Below, piece by piece: positions 54,442 through 64,000 of a DNA stretch of 64,000 nt. This DNA is from the human T2T-CHM13v2.0 reference genome, Homo sapiens, in assembly GCF_009914755.1 (NCBI RefSeq), contig NC_060925.1; one strand, 5' to 3'. Every line of letters starts with the position of its first letter. The first letter of the stretch is position 1. The notes under the pieces are model-generated. The model saw only the letters and a program-made list of their open reading frames with translations. It did no database searches and was not told the DNA's origin. A program made the position numbers and the translations under genes.

Positions 54442-57400
54442 GCATGGAATCATCATAAAATGGAATCGAGTGGAATCAACATCAAATGGAATCAAATGGA
54501 ATCATTGAACGGAATTGAATGGAATCGTCATCGAATGAATTGAATGCAATCATCGAATGGTCTCGAATGGAATCATCTTCAAATGGAATGGAATGGAATC
54601 ATCGCATAGAATCGAATGGAATTATCATCGAATGGAATCGAATGGAATCAACATCAAACGGAAAAATACGGAATTATCGAATGGAATCGAAGAGAATCAT
54701 CGAATGGACCCGAATGGAATCATCTAATGGAATGGAATGGAATAATCCATGGACTCGAATGCAATCATCATCGAATGGAATCGAATGGAATCATCCAATG
54801 GACTCGAATGGAATAATCATTGAACGGAATCGAATGGAATCATCATCGGATGGAAATGAATGGAATCATCATCGAATGGAATCGAATAGAATTATGGAAT
54901 GAAATCCAGTGTGATCATCATCGAATGGACCCGAATGGAATCATCATCCAACGGATGCTAATGGAATCAACATCGAATGAATCAAATGGAAACACCATCG
55001 AATTGAAACGAATGGAATTACCATGAAATTGAAATGGATGGACTCATCATCGAATGGATTCGAAAGGAATCATCGAATAAAATTGATTGAAATCATCATC
55101 GAATGGAATCGAATGGTATCATTGAATGGAATCGAATGGAATCATCATCAGATGGAAATGAATGGAATCGTCATAGAATGGAATCGAATGGATTCATTGA
55201 ATGGAATCAGATGGAATCATCGAATGGACTGGAATGGAATCATTGAATGGACTCGAAAGAGATCATGATTGAATGGAATTGAATGGAATCATCGAATGGT
55301 CTCGATTGGAATCATTATCAAATGGAATCGAATGGAATCACCGAATAGAATCGAATGGAACAATCATCGAATGGACTCAAATGGAATTATCCTCAAATGG
55401 AATCGAATGGAATTATCGAATGCAATCGAATGGAATTATCGAATGCAATCGAATAGAATCATCGAATGGACTCGAATGGATTCATCGAATGGAATGGAAT
55501 GGAAAAGTCAATGAACACGAATGGAATCATCACTGAATGGAATCGAATGGAATCATCGAGTGGAATCGAATGGAATTATGATCAAATGGAATCGAATGTA
55601 ATCATCATCAAATGGAATCAAAAATAACCATCATCAATTGGTATTGAATGGAATTGTTATCAAATGGAATTCAAAGGAATCATCATCAAATGGAACTGAA
55701 TGGAATCCTCATTGAATGGAAATGAAAGGGGTCATCATCTAATGGAATAGCATGGAATAATCATCAAATGGAATCGAATGGAATCATCATCAAATGGAAT
55801 CTAATGGAATCATTGAAAAGAATTGAATGGAATCATCATCGAATGAATTGAATGCAATCATCGAATGGTCTCGAATGGAATCATCTTCTAATGGAAAGGA
55901 ATGGAATCATTGCATAGAATCGAATGGAATTAACATTGAATGGACTCGAATGGAATCAACATCAAATGGAATCAAGCGGAATTATCGAATGAAATTGAAG
56001 AGAATCATCGAATGGACTCGAATGGAATCATCTAGTGGAATGGAATGGAATAATCCACGGACTCGAATGCAATCATCATCGTATAGAATCGAATGGAATC
56101 ATCGAATGGACTCGAATGGAATAACCATTGAACGGAATCAAATGGAATCATCATCGGATGGAAACGAATGGAATCATCATCGAATGGAAATGAAAGGAGT
56201 CATCATCTAATGGAATTGCATGGAATCATCATAAAATGGAATCGAATGGAATCATCATCAAATGGAATCAAATGGAATCATTGAACGGAATTGAATGGAA
56301 TCGTCATCGAATGAATTGAATGCAATCATCGAATGGTCTCGAATGGAATCATCTTCAAATGGAATGGAATGGAATCATCGCATAGAATCGAATGGAATTA
56401 ATATCGAATGGAATCGAATGGTATCAACATCAAACGGAAAATAACGGAATTATCGAATGGAATCGAAGAGAATCTTCGAACGTACCCGAATGGAATCATG
56501 TAATGGAGTGGAATGGAATAATCCATGGACTCGAATGCAATCATCATCGAATGGAATCGAATGGAATCATCGAATGGACTCGAATGGAATAATCATTGAA
56601 CGGAATCGAATGGAATCATCATCGGATGGAAATGAATGGAATCATCATCGAATGGAATCGAATAGAATTATGGAATGAAATCCAGTGTGATCATCATCGA
56701 ATTGACCCGAATGGAATCATCATCCAACGGAAGCTAATGGAATCAACATCGAATGAATCGAATGGAAACACCATCGAATTGAAACGAATGGAATTATCAT
56801 GAAATTGAAATGGATGGACTCATCATCGAATGGATTCGAATGGAATCATCGAATAAAATTGATTGAAATTATCATCAAATGGAATCGAATGGTATCATTG
56901 AATGGAATCGAATGGAATCATCATCAGATGGAAATGAATGGAATCGTCATAGAATGGAATCGAATGGATTCATTGAATGGAATCAGATGGAATCATCGAA
57001 TGGACTGGAATGGAATCATTGAATGGACTCGAAAGGGATCATTATTGAATGGAATTGAATGGAATCATCGAATGGTCTCGATTGGAATCATTATCAAATG
57101 GAATCGAATGGAATCACCGAATAGAATCGAATGGAACAATCATCGAATGGACTCAAATGGAATTATCCTCAAATGGAATCGAATGGAATTATCGAATGCA
57201 ATCGAATGGAATTATCGAATGCAATCGAATAGAATCATCGAATGGACTCGAATGGAATCATCGAATGGAATGGAATGGAACAGTCAATGAACTCGAATGG
57301 AATCATCATTGAATGGAATCGAATGGAATCATCGAGTGGAATCGAATGGAATTATGATCAAATGGAATCGAATGTAATCATCATCAAATGGAATCAAAAA

Positions 57401-60400
57401 TAACCATCATCAATTGGTATTGAATGGAATTGTCATCAAATGGAATTCAAAGGAAACATCATCAAATGGAACCGAATGGAATCCTCATTGAATGGAAATG
57501 AAAGGGGTCATCATCTAATGGAATCGCATGGAATCATCATCAAATGGAATCGAATGGAATCATCATCAAATGGAATCTAATGGAATCATTGAACAGAATT
57601 TAATGGAATCGTCATCGAATGAATTGAATGCAATCATCGAATGGTCTCGAATGGAACCATCTTCTAATGGAAAGGAATGGAATCATCGCATAGAATCGAA
57701 TGGAATTGTCATCGAATGGAATCGAATGGTATCAACACCAAACGGAAAAAAACGGAAATATCGAATGGAATCGAAGAGAATCTTCGAACGGACCCGAATG
57801 GAATCATCTAATGGAATGGAATGGAATAATCCATGGACTCGAATGCAATCATCATCGAATGGAATCGAATGGAATCATCGAATGGACTCGAATGGAATAA
57901 TCATTGAACGGAATCGAATGGAATCATCATCGGATGGAAACGAATGGAATCATCATCGAATGGAAATGAAAGGAGTCATCATCTAATGGAATTGCATGGA
58001 ATCATCATCAAATGGAATCGAATGGAATCAACATCAAATGGAATCAAATGGAATCATTGAACGGAATTGAATGGAATCGTCATTGAATGAATTGAATGCA
58101 ATCATCGAATGGTCTCGAATGGAATCATCTTCAAATGGAATGGAATGGAATCATCGCATAGAATCGAATGGAATTATCATCGAATGGAATCGAATGGAAT
58201 CAACATCAAACGGAAAAAAACGGAATTATCGAATGGAATCGAAGAGAATCATCGAATGGACCCGAATGGAATCATCTAATGGAATGGAATGGAATAATCC
58301 ATGGACTCGAATGCAATCATCATCGAATGGAATCGAATGGAATCATCGAATGGACTCGAATGGAATAATCATTGAACGGAATCGAATGGAATCATCATCG
58401 GATGGAAATGAATGGAATCATCATCGAATGGAATCGAATAGAATTATGGAATGAAATCCAGTGTGATCATCATCGAATGGACCCGAATGGAATCATCATC
58501 CAACGGAAGCTAATGGAATCAACATCGAATGAATCAAATGGAAACACCATCGAATTGAAACGAATGGAATTACCATGAAATTGAAATGGATGGACTCATC
58601 ATCAAATGGATTCGAGTGGAATCATCGAATAAAATTGATTGAAATCATCATCGTATGGAATCGAATGGTATCATTGAATGGAATCGAATGGAATCATCTT
58701 CAGATGGAAATGAAAGGAATCATCATAGAATGGAATCGAATGGATTCATTGAATGGAATCAGATGGAATCATTGAATGGACTGGAATGGAATCATTGAAT
58801 GGACTCGAAAGGGATCATTATTGAATGGAATTGAATGGAATCATCGAATGGTCTCGATTGGAATCATTATCAAATGGAATCGAATGGAATCACCGAATAG
58901 AATCGAATGGAACAATCATCGAATGGACTCAAATGGAATTATCCTCAAATGGAATTGAATGGAATTATCGAATGCAATCGAATGGAATTATCGAATGCAA
59001 TCGAATAGAATCATCGAATGGACTCGAATGGAATCATCGAATGGAATGGAATGGAACAGTCAATGAACTCGAATGGAATCATCATTGAATGGAATCGAAT
59101 GGAATCATCGAGTGGAATCGAATGTAATCATCATCAAATGGAATCGAATGTAATCATCATCAAATGGAATCAAAAATAACCATCATCAACTGGTATTGAA
59201 TGGAATTCTCATCAAATGGAATTCAAAGGAATCATCATCAAATGGAACCGAATGGAATCCTCATTGAATGGAAATGAAAGGGGTCATCATCTAATGGAAT
59301 CGCATGGAATCATCATCAAATGGAATCGAATGGAATCATCATCAAATGGAATCTTATGGAATCATTGAAAAGAATTGAATGGAATCGTCATCGAATGAAT
59401 TGAATGCAATCATCGAATGGTCTCGAATGGAATCATCTTCTAATGGAAAGGAATGGAATCATCACATAGAATCGAATGGAATTATCATCGAATGGAATCG
59501 AATGGTATCAACACCAAACGGAAAAAAACGGAATTATCGGATGGAATCGAAGAGAATCTTCGAACGGACCCGAATGGAATCATCTAATGGAATGAAATGG
59601 AATAATCCATGGACTCGAATGCAATCATCATCGAATGGAATCGAATGGAATCATCGAATGGAGTCGAATGGAATAATCATTGAACGGAATCGAATGGAAT
59701 CATCATCGGATGGAAACGAATGGAATCATCATCGAATGGAAATGAAAGGAGTCATCATCTAATGGAATTGCATGGAATCATCATAAAATGGAATCGAATG
59801 GAATCAACATCAAATGGAATCAAATGGAATCATTGAACGGAATTGAATGGAATCGTCATCGAATGAATTGACTGCAATCATCCAATGGTCTCGAATGGAA
59901 TCATCTTCAAATGGAATGGAATGGAATCATCGCATAGAATCGAATGGAATTATCATCGAATGGAATCGAATGGAATCAACATCAAACGGAAAAAAACGGA
60001 ATTATCGAATGGAATCGAAGAGAATCATCGAATGGACCCGAATGGAATCATCTAATGGAATGGAATGGAATAATCCATGGACTCGAATGCAATCATCATC
60101 GAATGGAATCGAATGGAATCATCGAATGGACTCGAATGGAATAATCATTGAACGGAATCGAATGGAATCATCATCGGATGGAAATGAAAGGAGTCATCAT
60201 CTAATGGAATTGCATGGAATCATCATAAAATGGAATCGAATGGAATCAACATCAAATGGAATCAAATGGAATCATTGAACGGAATTGAATGGAATCGTCA
60301 TCGAATGAATTGAATGCAATCATCGAATGGTCTCGAATGGAATCATCTTCAAATGGAATGGAATGGAATCATCGCATAGAATCGAATGGAATTATCATCG

Positions 60401-63400
60401 AATGGAATCGAATGGAATCAACATCAAACGGAAAAATACGGAATTATCGAATGGAATCGAAGAGAATCATCGAATGGACCCGAATGGAATCATCTAATGG
60501 AATGGAATGGAATAATCCATGGACTCGAATGCAATCATCATCGAATGGAATCGAATGGAATCATCGAATGGACTCGTATGGAATAATCATTGAACGGAAT
60601 CGAATGGCATCGTCATCGGATGGAAATGAATGGAATCATCATCGAATGGAATCGAATAGAATTATGGAATGAAATCCAGTGTGATCATCATCGAATGGAC
60701 CCGAATGGAATCATCATCCAACGGAAGCTAATGGAATCAACATCGAATGAATCGAATGGAAACACCATCGAATTGAAACGAATGGAATTACCATGAAATT
60801 GAAATGGATGGACTCATCATCGAATGGATTCGAATGGAATCATCGAATAAAATTGATTGAAATCATAATCGAATGGAATCGAATGGTATCATTGAATGGA
60901 ATCGAATGGAATCATCATCAGATGGAAATGAATGGAATCGTCATAGAATGGAATCGAATGGATTCATTGAATGGAATCAGATGGAATCATCGAATGGACT
61001 GGAATGGAATCATTGAATGGACTCGAAAGGGATCATTATTGAATGGAATTGAATGGAATCATCGAATGGTCTCGATTGGAATCATTATCAAATGGAATCG
61101 AATGGATTCACCGAATAGAATCGAATGGAACAATCATCGAATGGACTCAAATGGAATTATCCTCCAATGGAATCGAATGGAATTATCGAATGCAATCGAA
61201 TGGAATTATCGAATGCAATCGAATAGAATCATCGAATGGACTCGAATGGAATCATCGAATGGAATGGAATGGAACAGTCAATGAACTCGAATGGAATCAT
61301 CATTGAATGGAATCGAATGGAATCATCGAGTGGAATCGAATGGAATTATGATCAAATGGAATCGACTGTAATCATCATCAAATGGAATCAAAAATAACCA
61401 TCATCAACTGGTATTGAATGGAATTGTCATGAAATGGAATTCAAAGGAATCATCATCAAATGGAACTGAATGGAATCCTCATTGAATGGAAATGAAAGGG
61501 GTCATCATCTAATGGAATCGCATGGAATCATCATCAAATGGAATCGAATGGAATCATCATCAAATGGAATCTGATGGAATCATTGAACAGAATTGAATGG
61601 AATCGTCATCGAATGAATTGAATGCAATCATCGAATGGTCTCGAATGTAATCACATTCTAATGGAAAGGAATGGAATCATCGCATAGAATCGAATGGAAT
61701 TAACATTGAATGGACTCGAATGGAATCAACATCAAACGGAATCAAGCGGAATTATCGAATGGAATCGAAGAGAATCATCGAATGGACTCGAATGGAATCA
61801 TCTAATGGAATGGAATGGAATAATCCACGGACTCGAATGCAATCATCATCGTATAGAATCGAATGGAATCATCGAATGGACTCGAATGGAATAACCATTG
61901 AACGGAATCGAATGGAATCATCATCGGATGGAAACGAATGGAATCATCATCGAATGGAAATGAAAGGAGTCATCATCTAATGGAATTGCATGGAATCATC
62001 ATAAAATGGAATCGAATGGAATCATCATCAAATGGAATCAAATGGAAGCATTGAACGGAATTGAATGGAATCGTCATCGAATGAATTGAATGCAACCATC
62101 GAATGATCTCGAATGGAATCATCTTCAAATTGAATGGAATGGAATCATCGCATAGAATCGAATGGAATTATCATCGAATGGAATCGAATGGTATCATCAT
62201 CAAACGGAAAAAAACGGTATAATCGAATGGAATCAAAGAGAATCTTCGAATGGACCCGAATGGAATCATCTAATGGAATGGAATGGAATAATCCATGGAC
62301 ACGAATGCAATCATCATCGAATGGAATCGAATGGAATCATCGAATGGACTCGAATGGAATAATCATTGAACGGAATCGAATGGAATCATCATCGGATGGA
62401 AATGAAAGGAGTCATCATCTAATGGAATTGCATGGAATCATCATAAAATGGAATCGAATGGAATCATCATCAAATGGAATCAAATGGAATCATTGAACGG
62501 AATTGAATGGAATAGTCATCGAATGAATTGAATGCAATCATCCAATGGTCTCGAATGGAATCATCTTCAAATGGAATGGAATGGAATCATCGCATAGAAT
62601 CGAATGGAATTATCATCGAATGGAATCGAATGGAATCAACATCAAACGGAAAAAAACGGAATTATCGAATGGAATCGAAGAGAATCATCGAATGGACCCG
62701 AATGGAATCATCTAATGGAATAGAATGGAATAATCCATGGACTCGAATGCAATCATCATCGAATGGAATCGAATGGAATCATCGAATGGACTCGAATGGA
62801 ATAATCATTGAACGGAATCGAATGGAATCATCATTGGATGGAAACGAATGGAATCATCATCGAATGGAAATGAAAGGAGTCATCATCTAATGGAATTGCA
62901 TGGAATCATCATAAAATGGAATCGAATGGAATCAACATCAAATGGAATCAAATGGAATCATTGAACGGAATTGAATGGAATCGTCATCGAATGAATTGAA
63001 TGCAATCATCGAATGGTCTCGAATGGAATCATCTTCAAATGGAATGGAATGGAATCATCGCATAGAATCGAATGGAATTATCATCGAATGGATTCGAATG
63101 GTATCAACATCAAACGGAAAAAAACGGAATTATCGAATGGAATCAAAGAGAATCTTCGAACGGACCCGAATGGAATCATCTAATGGAATGGAATGGAATA
63201 ATCCATGGACTCGAATGCAATCATCATCGAATGGAATCGAATGGAATCATTGAAAGGACTCGTATGGAATAATCATTGAACGGAATCGAATGGAATCATC
63301 ATCGGATGGAAATGAATGGAATCATCATCGAATGGAATCGAATAGAATTATGGAATGAAATCCCGTGTGATCATCATCGAATGGACCCGAATGGAATCAT

Positions 63401-64000
63401 CATCCAATGGAAGCTAATGGAATCAACATCCAATGAATCCAATGGAAACACCATCGAATTGAAACGAATGGAATTATCATGAAATTGAAATGGATGGACT
63501 CATCATCGAATGGATTCGAATGGAATCATCGAATAAAATTGATTGAAATCATCATCGAATGGAATCGAATGGTATCATTGAATGGAATCGAATGGAATCA
63601 TCATCAGATGGAATTGAATGGAATCGTCATAGAATGGAATCGAATGGATTCATTGAATGGAATCAGATGGAATCATCGAATGGACTGGAATGGAATCATT
63701 GAATGGACTTGAAAGGGATCATTATTGAATGGAATTGAATGGAATCATCGAATGGTCTCGATTGGAATCATTATCAAATGGAATCGAATGGAATCACCGA
63801 ATAGAATCGAATGGAACAATCATCGAATGGACTCAAATGGAATTATCCTCAAATAGAATCGAATGGAATTATCGAAAGCAATCGAATGGAATTATCAAAT
63901 GCAATCGAATAGAATCATCGAATGGACTCGAATGGAATCATCAAATGGAATGGAATGGAACAGTCAATAAACTCGAATGGAATCATCATTGAATGGAATC
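54442..64000 (+). repeat. 10.23-kb higher-order repeat, copy 3 (offset 19,482 from copy 2; runs off the window end)
   Basis: Landmarks 54820, 56596, 58372, 60590, 63276 equal copy 2 +19,482, with the same unit order and variants. Confidence 0.9.

Larger units (their letters stand above)
1..64000 (+). repeat. Human satellite 2 (HSat2/HSATII) pericentromeric tandem array, GGAAT strand on +; probably the 1.77-kb chr1q12 (D1Z1/HSat2A2-type) family
   Basis: Continuous ATGGAATCATC(ATC)GAATGGAATCGA monomers of 23/26 bp (reverse complement CATTCGATTC, typical of HSat2 rather than the pure (CATTC)n of HSat3). Very dense TCGA sites. The landmark GAATTATGGAATGAAATCC recurs 35 times. Family identity is secure; chromosome and subfamily are inferred from the 1,776-bp period. 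Confidence 0.97.

Noticed and set aside
5-63992. Hundreds of 60-163 aa ORFs (MESSSNGIEWNH..., MELNGIIEW...) on the + strand
   Set aside because: They are translations of GGAAT-derived monomers, overlap in all three frames and recur with the repeat period. Stops and frameshifts appear and vanish at random among copies, and I see no domain, promoter or splice structure. Database hits to similar 'hypothetical proteins' would be expected from human satellite contamination of other assemblies.
1-64000. CRISPR-like array suggested by 23-26 bp periodic repeats
   Set aside because: There are no unique spacers, leader or cas genes; the monomers are contiguous and degenerate.
1-64000. Strand inversion or inserted transposon (Alu/L1/LTR)
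   Set aside because: No ATTCC-oriented block, poly(A) tail, target-site duplication or non-satellite sequence was seen, and the landmark spacing leaves no unexplained length.
1-64000. Assignment as HSat3, alpha satellite or telomeric repeat
   Set aside because: Perfect GGAAT runs are short (about 3 copies) and the CATCATCGA/TCGA 23/26-bp pattern is HSat2. There is no 171-bp period, CENP-B box or TTAGGG.
1-64000. Main periods (468, 840, 1308, 1776) being multiples of 3 as evidence of coding constraint
   Set aside because: The 442, 1750, 1775, 2218 and 2686 variants break frame and have been amplified freely.

Overview
The whole 64 kb window is one uninterrupted, single-orientation tandem array of classical human satellite 2 (HSat2/HSATII; + strand reads GGAATCGAAT/GGAATCATC). 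It is built from diverged 23- and 26-bp monomers. The dominant 1,776-bp unit with one EcoRI site points to the 1.77-kb family of chromosome 1q12 (D1Z1/pUC1.77-type); that location is inferred from the period and not confirmed by alignment. I found no genes, RNA genes, transposons, CRISPR arrays or inversions, and every listed ORF is a by-product of translating the repeat. I do not see a new gene-based system. The undescribed-looking signal is the internal architecture. Each unit is about 840 bp of constant sequence plus 1-4 copies of a 468-bp (or 442-bp) subunit, giving lengths of 1308, 1750, 1776, 2218 and 2686 bp. Above that sit a 10,230-bp five-unit higher-order repeat in about 3 copies, several smaller duplications (offsets 3,526, 4,860, 17,732 and about 42,000 bp), one out-of-register junction, chimeric subunits and short conversion tracts. 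All periods were derived by hand from recurring landmarks in the ORF track and from reading diagnostic variants; breakpoints are approximate.
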